NCBI GenBank assembly: GCA_977017645.1
Contig: OZ360229.1
Span: 87,916,001-87,980,000 of the forward strand
Source of the DNA: Torpedo marmorata
Taxonomy: Eukaryota
Length of the DNA: 64,000 nucleotides
Direction of reading: 5' to 3'
Positions 25,842 to 38,319 of this stretch are shown piece by piece. The translations under genes were made by a program, and so were the position numbers. The notes under the pieces were generated by a model, which was given only the letters and a program-made list of their open reading frames with translations, was not told the origin of the DNA and did not search any database. Position 1 is the first letter of the stretch, and the number at the start of each line of letters is the position of its first letter.

Positions 25842-26130
25842 GTCAGAGCACGGCTGGCCGCGCTGTGAAATATAACTGTGCAGTCGGCGTGGCTGTCGGA
25901 GCGCGGCCGGCCGTGCTGTGAAATATAACTGTCCAGTCGGCGTGGCTGTCAGAGCACAGCCGGCCGTGCTGTGAAATATAACTGTCCAGTCGGCGTGGCT
26001 GTCAGAGCACAGCCGGCCGTGCTGTGAAATATAACTGTCCAGTCGGCGTGGCTGTCAGAGCACAGCCGGCCGTGCTGTGAAATATAACTGTCCAGTCGGC
26101 GTGGCTGTCAGAGCACGGCCGGCGGGGCTG
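25842..26130. repeat. 53-bp tandem repeat, about 5.4 copies
   Basis: Unit GTCAGAGCACAGCCGGCCGTGCTGTGAAATATAACTGTCCAGTCGGCGTGGCT at 25842, 25895, 25948, 26001, 26054 and 26107. Confidence 0.95.
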
Positions 26131-26279
26131 TTAGCACATACCTGTGCTTTAAATCATCACAAGATTACTTTTAATACAATGTAATGCTACGTAAATTGTT
26201 GTTATACTCTATTGTTTAGGGAATAATGACAAGCTGGTCTGTGGGTTTGTCCTAAGTCTGAAGCCCATTGTGTTAGATT

Positions 26280-26482
26280 TTCCCACGGTCTTTTATACAT
26301 TGAACGTGTATGTCTTATTAAACTGTGTGCGTTTTTTCCCCACGGTCTTTTATACATTGAGCGCGTATGTCTTATTAAACTGTGCGCTTTTTTTCCAATG
26401 GTCTTTTATACATTGAGTGTGTATGTCTTATTAAACTGTGCGTGTTTTTTCCCACGGACTTTTATACATTGAGTGCTTATGT
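26280..26482. repeat. About 56-57-bp tandem repeat, about 3.5 copies
   Basis: Unit close to TTCCCACGGTCTTTTATACATTGAGCGTGTATGTCTTATTAAACTGTGCGTTTT. Confidence 0.92.
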
Positions 26483-26719
26483 GCTTTATTCCCACTACGA
26501 TTTCACTGCCCTGCGAGTACATAATACGTCACTCGTGACGTCACTGCTGGAGGCGGGACCCCCCTTAAAATCCCAGGTTCCCAATGAACCAGGTAAATCA
26601 TGGTGCAGTGGGAAAGGCTTCCCGGATACTGCATGCCCTGTATGAAATGAACGCAAAGCTCACTAGAAAGGAATAATCAAAGTGAGTGGCATAGGTGTGC
26701 TCATGGAAAACTGTATTAG

Positions 26720-27062
26720 TAGATCTGGTATTTCTACTGCCTTACAGCACTGGAGACCTGGAGTCAACCCAGACTCTCGATGCTGCCTCTATATAGTTTG
26801 TATTTTCTCACTGTGGGTTTCCTCTAAGTGCTACATTTTCTTCCCACATCCCAAAGATGTGGGGGTTAATAGGTTAATTATCCATTACAAGTTGCCCCAA
26901 GTGCAGAGGTGACTGGTGGAATCAGGGGGAGCTAATCTGGGGGAGTTGGTGAGAATGTGGGGAGAATAAAACAATGGGATTACTGTAGCATTAGTATACA
27001 TGTGTGGTGATGGTTGGTGTGGATTGAGAGGACCATGTTGAATCTTTGTACAACTCTATGAC
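26720..27062 (+). mobile_element. HE1-like tRNA SINE, decayed
   Basis: Same head and core as 470-770 (ctgccttacagc...tgggtttcctc...cccacatcccaaagatgtg). Confidence 0.7.
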
Positions 27063-28009
27063 AAACATCAGACAGGATAAAGCAGAGAGGCAGCTCTGTG
27101 AAGTGCAAACATTAGCCCAAATGCTCTAATTATGTGCCACAAATTGTCTGCATACAGCTCAACACGTTCTCCTCAGACAATGGAAAGATAGGAATTAAAA
27201 TTGTACCGTTGGGTTTATCCTAAATGCAAGTGGGCCTTGTATAAACATATCCATAGTATTAACAGTGTTTCATACCAGTCTGGATATTCCATTTAAAAGA
27301 CACCACCAGAAGTTGATTGGATCAGAGCAGCATTCAACAAGACATTATATGCAAGGTTAAGATGATGTATGGACATTACACATTTTTTGCATTTGCTTCT
27401 TTACTCAGGAATGTGGAACCACTTCCCGAGGGAATGGATGAGACAAACAAAATAGATGCAGTCAAGGAGAAGCAGAATAACCATGGTCTATGGCTGCTTA
27501 CTCCTGGGAAAAAGCGTCTCAAGTTTGGAGACTACAACCATCTGAGGAGACTGCATTGCGTGGTGGTACGTTGCAACATCATTAAACCTTGTGGCAGTTG
27601 GCCATCTTATCTGCAACCAATCTTCCACTTCTGCAAATATGGAGTGAGTGACACTCCTCTCTAAACACCAGCTCATGAAGAACCCACAAAACACTGCTCT
27701 GAAAGGGAGAAGTGAGTGATGAGAGGATTAAACTGAAGGAGGGTTGGAGAAGCACAGTATAAACAAGCAAAAATATAACTCAGAGGCGCATGCCAGAGGG
27801 AATAGACTCACATCAACATCTAGTGATGGAAATAAAATCAAAGTCTCACAATTTATTTTTGAAATAAAGTTTAGGTTTTTTTTCCCAATACTACTCTCTC
27901 ATTTATTCCATTGTTTTCATTTTGCTGTTGGTGGCAATGCCTCAGATTGTACAGACAGTTCACCTCGTCCATTCTCTAATTCTACCAATACAACCAATCC
28001 AAATGTTCA

Positions 28010-29070
28010 TAGAACACTACAGGCCCTTCATCCCTTCTAATGTGTGCTGATCTATTTTTCTGGCAAGTCCCACCAACCTGCACCATATCCCTCCCATCCA
28101 TGTACCGGTCCAAACTTTTCTTAAATGTCAAAATTGAGCCTGCATTTACCAATTCAGCTGGTAACTCATTTCACACTCCCACCACTCTCTTCGTGAAAAA
28201 ATTTCCCCTTGTATACCCTTTAAACTTTTCCCCCTCTCACCCTTAACCCATGACCTCTAGTTTTTAATCTCACCTAACCTCAGTGGAAATAGCTTGTTTG
28301 CATTTATTCTCTATAATTTTGTATACCTCTATCAAATCTCCACTTATTCTTCTGCACTCCCGGAAATAAAGTCCTAACCTGTTTAACCCTGTAACTCGGT
28401 TTCTCAAGTCATGGCAACATCCTTGTAAATCTCATCTACACTTTCAATTTTATTGATATCCTTCTCGTAGTCATGTGACCAAAACTGCACACAATACCAA
28501 ATTTGACCTCATCAATGTCTTACACAACTTCACTACAACAACCCAACTCTTATACTCAATGCTGTTTTATGAAGGCCAATGTGCCAAAAGCTCTCTTAAC
28601 AAACCTCCTGTGTCACCACTTTCAGGGAACCGTGTATCTGTATTCCCAGATCCCCCTGTTCTACTGCACTACCCAGTACCCCACCATTTACAGTGTATAT
28701 CCTACCTTGGAATATCCTTCCAAAGTGAAATGCCTCATATTTGTCTGCATTAAATCCCATCTGCCATTTTGCAGCCCATATTTGCCGCTAGTCAGATCCT
28801 TCTGCAACCTTTGAAAGCCTTCCTCGCTGTCCACTGCACCTCCAATCTTTGTCACCTGCAAACTTGCTGATCAAATTTACCACATTATCATCCAGATCAT
28901 TGACATAGATGACAAACAACAATAGACCCAACACTCATCCTTGAGGCACACCACTAATCACAGAGCAATCATCCATTACCACTCTCTGGCTTCTCCCATA
29001 AAGCCAATGTCTAATTCAATTTACTACCTCACCATGAACACCAAACCTTCCTGACTAACCTCCCATTCAA
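28010..29070 (-). mobile_element. CR1 LINE 3' fragment
   Basis: RT C-terminus and 3'UTR ending (atagaac); closely similar to 46135-46715. Confidence 0.88.
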
Positions 29071-29475
29071 ATGAGAATCTGGCAGCTTCATCTTTTCGAC
29101 CACTTCACTGGTGCCCAACTGGAGCCCTGGCTCTTCAGATAGGTGACCAGGGTACATGGCATCAATGATTAAAGATTATTAAGGAGAGGATCTTCTGAGC
29201 TGGTCATCATGAGAACAATATAATAGGGAATGCTCTTTCAAATGAGTCTACTTGCTACCCAGGGCAAGGAAAGATGCCTTTCTTTAAATAACAGGTTGGG
29301 TTTTTTTTTTTCTGTTACTGTCAAATCCACCAATGGGCCAGGTAATTGCAAAGGTAAAACAAAAGTGCCTGCCACAGAAAATATAAATGTGCATTTTGGG
29401 ATTTAATATTTGACAAGCATGTAGCATACTGCTTGATGTACAGACACATTTCAGGCAGTTGCTTTTATTTTTAAC

Positions 29476-29507
29476 CTTCTCCCTGCTGAGTGTTGCTGAG
29501 CTCTCCA
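29476..29507 (-). other. Candidate 32-nt exon embedded in a hairpin
   Basis: Minus: ...ttcccctgctgattttatgcgatcgtggtag|TGGAGAGC...GAGAAG|gttaaa. All three frames are open; the donor is weak. Confidence 0.3.
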
Positions 29508-29940
29508 CTACCACGATCGCATAAAATCAGCAGGGGAAGGGTTTAAAAACGAAATGAAAGCTTCCCACGTTAACCAGAATAACGCAAAAACAGAACAGCA
29601 GCTCACAGGCTTACACTGAAGGGGAATAACCTCATCAAAGTCTGGTGATGCAAATACAATGAGTCCTGCAATTTCTTTTTAATAAATATAGGTCTTGTTT
29701 TTTTCCCCAATTTAACTTACAGCTCATTTGATTTCCTTCACTTAACCACCAGTAACTCTGTGTTAGAGCCAAGCTTCTAAATTCTGCCCCTCAACATCTC
29801 TTTCTTTCCCTTCTCCATTAAAACTAACTTTAGATCCTCTTTTGGAAATAAATTAGAGGATTTTGATTTATCTTGTGATGATTATGGAGCCCCTTGGGTT
29901 ACCCTGCTGTGCCAAAATCCATGGATAAATGCAGATGATG

Positions 29941-30587
29941 TGTTATGGACCATGGTCTGACCTTTTGGACTGTGGACTGTCATTATAAAGGATGGAATTC
30001 TGCTGAGAACTCTGTGTGACTTGTGGTACAGCTGAGTGCTGACTCGCCAAGGTTGAGCTGGGCAGACAGAGAGACAATGGAACGGCAGTTGGACCGGAAG
30101 AACGGCAGTTGGAGTGGCAGAGGGCAGCTGGAGAGCTGTGTGAAATGCACATGCCTCATAAGTGAGGAAGAGTTAAAAGCTGCACTTTGAGAACCAAGGG
30201 AAGTCATCTGAGGAAGCCTGAAAAAGGATTCGTAAGCTTACTGCAACATCAGTCATTTCTCTCTCCAACGTTCAATACGATGTCCTTTGTTATCAGTTAA
30301 AGAACTGAACTTGGACATTGAACTTTGAGATTGAATTTTGTGGACCGACTAACTTGACTGACCTGGGGTTTTGGGGATTTTTCCTTCTTGAATATTGGGC
30401 ACAGACTGTAATGGTCTGGGTTTTTCACATACACACTGTTTATAAATATATGATATCCGTATATTTGCTATAGATACTTATAATGTCTTAACACAATTAA
30501 CCCCACTATATTGTTAGTCATTAATAAATAGAGTTAAAATTTAACTCTTTTGAATTGCATCTTCTGTTGCTGGTTTGAGTTGTAACA
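29941..30587 (+). mobile_element. Probable solo LTR
   Basis: TGTTA...TAACA termini, TATAAA near 29984, AATAAA near 30524; no clean TSD. Confidence 0.55.
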
Positions 30588-30977
30588 TGTATAGGATTTA
30601 ACGTGATCTTCTTAAAAGACAGGTGAAGCTCAAGAGACTGCACATGTAACACCTGCTTTGATTTTTAAGTTCTTGCTGAGCCTTCCTTTCCAGAGGTGAA
30701 CACCTATTTCATTGCAATGGGAAAGAAACAATGAGTCCAAGTAAGTTTGACTTGATGTCACCTTAAGCTTTGAAGGTCATGTTCAAGCAAGGACTCACGA
30801 GTCTGACTTAGGTGATGCTCTTTCTGAATTATCAACCAGAGATGCTAAACCAAGACTCTATTAGTATATTAATATGGAGAGACAAAATATCCACAGAAAC
30901 CTGAAAGGAAAGGAGAGCAGCTGTCATTCAGGCCCATAGTCACCCCCAATTCCCATGCCAACAAAGTCTTCATCCGA

Positions 30978-31079
30978 AGTAAAACATAAAAGTCCGCAGA
31001 CACCGTGGTTGAAGTAAAAACACAATGCTAGAAAAACTCAGCAGGTCAAACAGTGTCCTTTATATAGCAAAGATAAAAA
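30978..31079 (-). mobile_element. Penelope-like terminal fragment with 11-bp TSD
   Basis: Homologous to 15760-15860; flanked by TCTTCATCCGA at 30967-30977 and 31080-31090. Confidence 0.75.
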
Positions 31080-31439
31080 TCTTCATCCGAGTGGGTCATG
31101 GATGATATAGAAATGTATTTATGCTTTTCTTTGACTAGGCTTGCTAGTAACTGGAATCTAAATAGCAAGGTCATTCTGAGGATATTGTGTCACTGAGGTT
31201 GGCATTTGTTGTCCGTAACTAGAGGCCCCTTCATACCATCTTCTCAGTCTGCTAGTGCACATGGTGAAAGCACTCCCACATTGATGAAAGAATGATGGCC
31301 CAGCAAACATGACATGCAGCCAAGATGGAATATTGTGGGATTTGCAAGGTAGCTGAAAGGTAAAGTGCTCCCAGAGGCAATGAATGCTATGTGTGGGCAG
31401 AGAGAGAGTACAGCCCAAGGAGTGTCAACAGGAGTGGTC

Positions 31440-31915
31440 TGGGCAGTTTGGTTTTTGATATTCACTGTTTTGGAACTGCTCTGCCCAAGACCACAAGAAA
31501 CTGCAGAGTTGTGAATGCAGAACACAAACTAGCCCTCCCCTCCTTTGACTCTGTCCACACACCCTGCTGCCTTGGGAAAGCTGCCAACATATTAAAGGAC
31601 ACCACAGACACACACTCTTCTCCACCTTCCATCAGGCAGATGCTCGAAAACGCAGACCTCTGAATTCAACAACTTCTTTCCTGCTGTTATCAGACTTTTG
31701 AATAGACTTCTCATTAGTAAGGGACAATAATGCCCTTGCACTGTTTTAACTGCAACCTGCACTTAACCTTTGCAACGCTACACCCTGCACTGACTTATTG
31801 TAACACCACACCCCGCACTTTTGTTTTATTACACAGCATACTGTATTTAAGTACAGGTTGACTTGCCTGGGAAAGTTTTTCCACTGTATCTCAGTACACA
31901 TGACAATATTCAATA
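31440..31915 (+). mobile_element. Old Rex1/Babar-like 3' fragment
   Basis: Decayed KKLQRVVN/KAANILKD/FFPAVIRLLN segment and a tail ending catgacaata. Confidence 0.7.
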
Positions 31916-32821
31916 TACCTATAAAGCTCTGACAGTTTAGGCCAAAGGTTTGCAGCCAATATACAAAATGGGCATCCTTATCCAAGATTCTCACTCTCAA
32001 CTCAGAATAGCACATCAGCCGTTTCCTACACAGTGACCTCACCGGTGGTGGGAGATTCAGGCATCGCAAGCAGCATTTAATAAACTACCTTTTCTTTCTC
32101 CTACCAGTGTGTTCTGGAGCTACTCCCATTAATTAAACCTACCTCTCCACCCCAGCTCCTGGAACTGATCCACAGATTCATTGTCAATTACGTGGAGCTG
32201 ATGTTATTTTGATAATTAGCAGGAGGAACCAGTCCAGAGGTCAGGAGGGAAGGTTTCCATTGAAACACTCGCGTGGGGAGCAGTCACTGACCCACAAGGC
32301 CTGACACTGCCGTGCAGGGTCCAGTGTCTTTGTGACAAATTCAAATAGCGATCACAGTATCATACAAAACTAGCAGCCATTGGGCCAAATCTCTTGCACA
32401 AAAGCTCTCACCTTTAAATTTCATCCTCTTCCACAACTTTTAAGACAGTGATAATTAAGATATTATAGGTTATAAATGTAGATTTATGATGGTTCTTACA
32501 ACTTGAAACATTATCAAAAATCTCAATTTTTAAAACTGGAGGAAAAGAAATTCAGGATCACATCCCATGTCCAAAATCCCAAAGAGGAATGCTGTCACCA
32601 CAAAATAAAAAGATCAGATTATTGAACTCAACCTGTCCAGCAAAAATAATAGCTTCTCTTTAAAAGTTAACCAAAATTATGCATTTATTATCTTTTCCAC
32701 CTACAGCCTACAAAATTTCAAACAGCATTCTTGGGCTTATTGGTTTGGAATTATCTTTCACTATCTAGTCTGTTAACATGCCCCATCTAACCTGAGCCTT
32801 CGAAGTAATATGGCTTGGTAT

Positions 32822-33025
32822 AAAACAAAGTACTGAAAATGCTCAGCAGGTCAGACAGCAGAAAGAGAAACAGAGTTAATGTTTCAGGCTGAAGATCCTT
32901 TGGTCAAAACTCACAGACAATGGGTCTTTGACCCATAACACTTGCTCTTTTCCCCTTTCCACAGACGCTCCCTAACCCAGGATCATAAACCCATTTTTAT
33001 TTCCCGCTCCCAGCATTTGCAATTT
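32822..33025. mobile_element. Inverted pair of Penelope-like terminal repeats
   Basis: ctcagcaggtcagacagca...tgtttcagg, then the opposite orientation gggtctttgaccc...tccacagacgct...cagcatttgca. Confidence 0.55.
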
Positions 33026-34039
33026 AAAATAAAAATTACAGCACTACTTGGTACAATGATTGTGATGTAAAGTTTATTAGATGAAACCATTCAATTGAAA
33101 AGGCTTGGGTTCAAATCTCAGGCTGTGCATCGATCCCCTCAGTTAGTGGAGATTCTTTGGCCCAAACATCATCTGGTTTTAATATCAGAATTTCAGCAGC
33201 AGAACTCCATGGTCGTTGTATCCATGTTATCTGTGATGCATCGCAATCATTTCGCCATCTTCTTTCCTGGTACCAAATGGGACAGCAAGAGCAAGGAGGG
33301 AGTCTGCCCCAGATTGGCAACACTAAATGCACAAGATAGTGCCAGTGACATCTAATACTCTGCTTCTAAAATTTGCTGCTGACGACATCAATAACCTCCA
33401 TATTGTGTATCCCAGTGACAGAGATGAAGGGTGAATTTCCACCTCCACAACCAGGCTTCGATCTAAGTCTCATTGGATTGGTTGCCTCCCCATCATACCA
33501 GAAGGACCACGATAAGAGAATAAATTTGAAAAGCAGTGCATAAATTAACTTGCACTTTAAAAGGCCAGTCCAACCTCAAATGGCCCCCTTCAGTACTGCC
33601 TTATTCTGGATCAAAAATGAAAGAAAATGCAAGCTCTTTGTAAATTGTAAACTGGTCCACTGGAATCCCACAACTTGCAAACCGACATTCAAGGGAGAAG
33701 CAGGATAATTCATACCAGGCTCATTCTTAAGAAGAGCGACACCAAAATTTCAAGCAAAAGCCATTTAATCCAGTCAGTAACTGGCCTACAGTCGCACTCC
33801 ACTTAGTCTCTGGGTCATTGTTGAGTGGTGCCAAAAAAGCACACAATTCTGTAACAAAAACCACACAACCTCAAGAACAGTTTGTCTGCCTCAGTGACCA
33901 CCAGTTTGTGACCTTTCTCGTGTGTAATGGCACTACTGCTGTGCACTAACTCCAAGGGAGCTCACAGCATATACAGAGCACATGACTCCAAGTGTAGATT
34001 CGTGACTCCAACTTGTTTACAAACAAGGCTAAAGGAGGG

Positions 34040-34450
34040 GTGATCGAATAGAAGTCCATAAAATAAGAGCAGAGATAGGGTAGATGATCATCTTCTCCTG
34101 GTAGGAACATCAAAGAGTGCACAGGTTCAAAGTGAGATGGAGTGTTAAAGGGGAACTGAGAGGAAAGGTTTTCTTAAAGGAAAACCATAGAAAATGGTTG
34201 GTATCCGAATCTCACTGCCAGAGGTGGTGGGGAATCAAATACAATCACTGGATTGAAGAGACATTCAGACAAACACTGAAGTAGACAAGACCATAAGACA
34301 TGGAGCAGAAATAGGCTATTCAGCCCATCGAGTCTGCCCCACCACGACAATGGAAGATATGATCCTAATGCAGATAAATGGGATAGTGTAGATGGGCAAA
34401 ATGGTCAGCAGAGACTCAGTGGCTGGGAAGCCCTTGAACTGTACACCTTT
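34040..34450 (+). mobile_element. CR1 3' fragment with a short inverted tail inside
   Basis: Decayed GDRIEV...W..LP segment and CR1 3'UTR. Confidence 0.65.
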
Positions 34451-36270
34451 ATGCCCCAGCAGGTTTGGAAGCAGATTGTGGCATAAATTGGCCTTTCAAG
34501 AGATCTGCATTGTCCAGTTAATGTTCAGCAGACGTTACAACGATGGAAGTGCGGTCAAGTAGCAACATATTGATAGTTCGATCTCCTTAAATGAGAGTTG
34601 ATGGGTAGATACCAGGCAAGTCCAAAATGCAACTTACAGCCCAAAACAATTATGTATGGTTTTTAAAGATGTCAAATTAAGTTTCATACTTGGAGATTTT
34701 AGGTTTTATTAAACTAAATTCCACAATATTTGGATACATTATGCTTTAACAAGGAAACCACATTTAAATCCATTAAAGGTACATTACAGGAGGTCATGAA
34801 TAATCCATAGGGATTCTCAGGTCTGGTCTGCTATTTGGCAAGATCACAATTGATCCTATTCTTAAATTCACTTCCTACTCATCGTTACCCCACTCCAATC
34901 CCAAAGAGTTACAATGTTCCCAGTAAAGCAATTTCTTCATCTTAATCCCAAATGGCAGAGTATCTCCAATGAGACAATACCACCTCTTGATAGATTCCAC
35001 AGCCTGAGAATAGGGCCTCTTTGCATCTACCCTATCTCTGAGGAAAGGAATACAGTTGCCCAATTATCCTGATCAGGAATTTATAGAAAGAGCTAATCTC
35101 AGCAATAATCATTGAGATAAAGACAATAACCTAATTGGTTTATTGGGGTCCCAAGAACACAGCTCAGAAAAGAGTGGCAGAGTTTCACACAAGATGGAAC
35201 TGTCATCAGTTGACACCCCTCTGTTCTGTGCCTTCGGTATTTGAACTATTCAACACTTGAAGTATCAAGTATTTGCGTGATCATTTTTTGCATGCAGTTC
35301 TACATATCTGATAAAAATGTTACCACTTAATGCTGCTAACTGCAAGAATTGTTTAAAAATGGCACAACACCACAAGCAAAAACCACACGTTAAAAGTTGT
35401 TTCATAAAGATCAGCTTTCAGAACAAATCAGTCAATTTTGTTTTCCCTTAAAGGACACCAGTATCAGAGGTGGAGCAGCTGGGGTCAAGATCAGTTTTCC
35501 AACTTTGTTCCCAGTTGAATCGGCAAATAATCTTACAGTTAACAAGAAAAGCACTGTATCCCATACCTAACACTAACCCTCTCCGCACCAGAAAAATCTA
35601 ATTCTAAACCAGGAGACGAGGATAATATAATGATTTTTTTTTCCCCCCGGAAAAGGTCAATTATTTAGCCAATTCCAGATTAGAATATATTGATCAAAAC
35701 GAAGAGTTTGGGTGATCAGGTCCATGCATCATTGGAAAATGATTGGTTTGTGCAGTGCTAAGTGTTTAAAGATAAACATTCAAAATTAAGTTGATCAAAA
35801 CTAAGAGATTGGAATTGATACAAACTTAACCAGCAGTAACAAGCTTAACCAGTTCTTAACAAGTCATCTCCAGAATAATAATAATTATTAATAATATTAA
35901 CTTCCTTAACATTAGCATTGCATGTTATTTATTCAAACATTGCTTGTATACTAGTTTCATTTGTTAGAAAGAATGCTTAGTTGGATGTTTTGTGTATTTA
36001 ATTTGACCGACTGTTGCAGTAATGTAAAAAAAATGCACTTTGATTTTGGAAAGATACCAGTAGTGAATTTATTGACAGGAGGACAGAGGCAGACAAAAAG
36101 AAAAAAATCAAAGTAAAAAAAAAATACATGTGTATGTTTGATATGAGGGAGACAGCAAGCAAAGCCAGAAAAATGGAGGCAAAAGGAGAAAGAGTGGGTG
36201 AATACATCAGGAAAGGCCACGCGAAGCTGCTTTATCCACATGATCGGTAAAGTAATTTTTTTTAAAGTAC

Positions 36271-36284
36271 CACGGCCTCTAGTC
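36271..36284 (-). other. Candidate 14-nt microexon
   Basis: Minus: gtgtcgtatttgtag|GACTAGAGGCCGTG|gtactt, in a non-repeat patch that retains CpGs; donor weak. Confidence 0.25.
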
Positions 36285-38319
36285 CTACAAATACGACACT
36301 TCGCACTCAGATGCCAAAGTGTTGCTGCATGAATCGAGAGATTTTACACAGTTAATGCTTGCTTTAACAATTTATAAGTAACATTAAACACCTCCAACAA
36401 CCTTTCTCTTATTCCCTTGCATCAGCAATTACTGTCTTTTAAAGCTTGCTAATCATAAACCCTCTACTCTTAATCTTTCCACTGCAAGCCAAATAGAGTC
36501 CTCCCTAGTTAACCAGACATTGCAGCCCCCGCACTGTACTGGATCTCTTAAACACATAGCTGTACAGACCTAGTCCAATAGCCAAAAAGGACAGGTTCCA
36601 ATACAAATACAGGGCTCTTTGTGATCAACAGAAACATACATACGGTGCAGGTAAATGCAATTACAGTGCTGTAATCTGCAGGGAGAAGGAATGTTGATGA
36701 GGGTCCTGAATTCCAAATACAGTATACATAATCTTGTACCATGGTTAAGGGCTAAAACAAGGGTATGGGTGTCTACCACAGTACACTGCATGCTTTATTT
36801 TCATATATCAAAAATGTTAACTTTTCAAACTGCACCAAAGCCTCTTCAGCACATTGAGTCTAGTTCAGGTTTTTGAACAGTAAACCAGTCAGTCCAATTT
36901 TCTCCATAATTTTGCATTCCCTTTTGAAGTCTTGTGCTCAGAATTGGACACAATACTCCAATTGGGACCGAATCATCCATCCCGTGCACGTGTATTCAAA
37001 TACACAAAAATATACATATTAAACACACACATTGACCAATCACAATCAAAAAGTAATTCAAGAACAAATCTAACTTTCAAGCAAAATGCTTTAGCAAGAT
37101 AGGGTAAATGGGACTAATGAATACTGGAGTGATCCAATCTGCATTTTGATATTGTCCATTACAGGCAGTGCACTTTAAATTTTATCTAATGTACAATTAA
37201 ACCACACAATGATAAGTTGTTTTCTGCTAGAATTAGCTCCAGTCTTCTTCACTTTATGGAGAGTGGGAGATGCCAAATTAAGGGGAGAGGTAAAGTGAGG
37301 GTGTGCATGTGGATTATTAGTATCTGAGAGTGGGTTTCATGATCAACAGACTCAAAACTGCTGCCACTACCCAGGGTGATCGTCCGTAGACTGAAATAAT
37401 CAGATAGATTACTGGCTTTGAAAATGTCTGCTTTGAGATGAATATATCATTCCTCCCTCAAATGCTGTCAAACATCCTTCCTGTTTGACCAAAACTCCCC
37501 ACTCTGAGCACCTCATCCAAGTGATCACACTTAACGTCAGCAAGTATAACAGGGCCGTTTGACCAGAGATGTCACCACAATCAACTCTAAACCTGCCGTC
37601 ACCTGCCCGATTTCCATATAAACAGGAACACAGGCTGATTTTGTTTCCTCCTATTATCCTGGTGATGTCACAGCAAAGCACCAAAGTGAATATGTGGGGA
37701 ACTGAGGAGTTTGGATTATGCCCAGGCAGCAGAGATTTAACTTAACTTGGCATCGTGTTTGATTCATACATTGCAGGCGGAAGGGCATGTTACTGTGCTG
37801 CAGTGTTCTATACGTTCTATGTAACACAGTTAAGAAACAGGATAACCTTTTCTCCAACTCTCTATAAAGTGAAGATTGGAGCCAATTCTAGTATTAGATT
37901 TAAAATTCACTACATTCCAATTATATTTTAATTTATTAGAAATTCAGACTACCAGTGTATTTCATAATGCCACAAAATGCTTTTGCATAGCCTGATGACA
38001 TGCAAGACGCTCAATGAATGCATTGCTTCAGGGATCTCCATGAAACGTGCACGAAGAGACATCAAGAACAGCCTGCCAACAGGCACTGTGGATTCGCACG
38101 CAAATGCCCATTAAAGCAGGGTAGAATCTGAACTCAGAGCCAGCATATTTGAGATGAAGGCACATCAAAATTAAAGAATCTATGGAATTCATCGTCAGAG
38201 TCTGCTGTAAAGTGGAGGCTGATAGCTTCTTGATTAGTAAGGGTGTCAAAGATTATGGGGAGAAGGAAGGAGAATGGAATTGAGAGGAAATATATCAGCC
38301 ATTATTCAAATGTGGAAAA

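Larger units (their letters stand above)
25605..26620. mobile_element. Probable non-autonomous PIF/Harbinger-like DNA element; right end uncertain
   Basis: Starts AGCCCCTTTCACACTG, has internal GTGTGAAAGG motifs and a partial inverted match CAGTGGGAAAGGCT at 26606-26619. CpG-rich; no TSD confirmed. Confidence 0.5.

Noticed and set aside
25842-26482. Palindromic repeat arrays as CRISPR
   Set aside because: There are no unique spacers and no cas genes, and the context is vertebrate.
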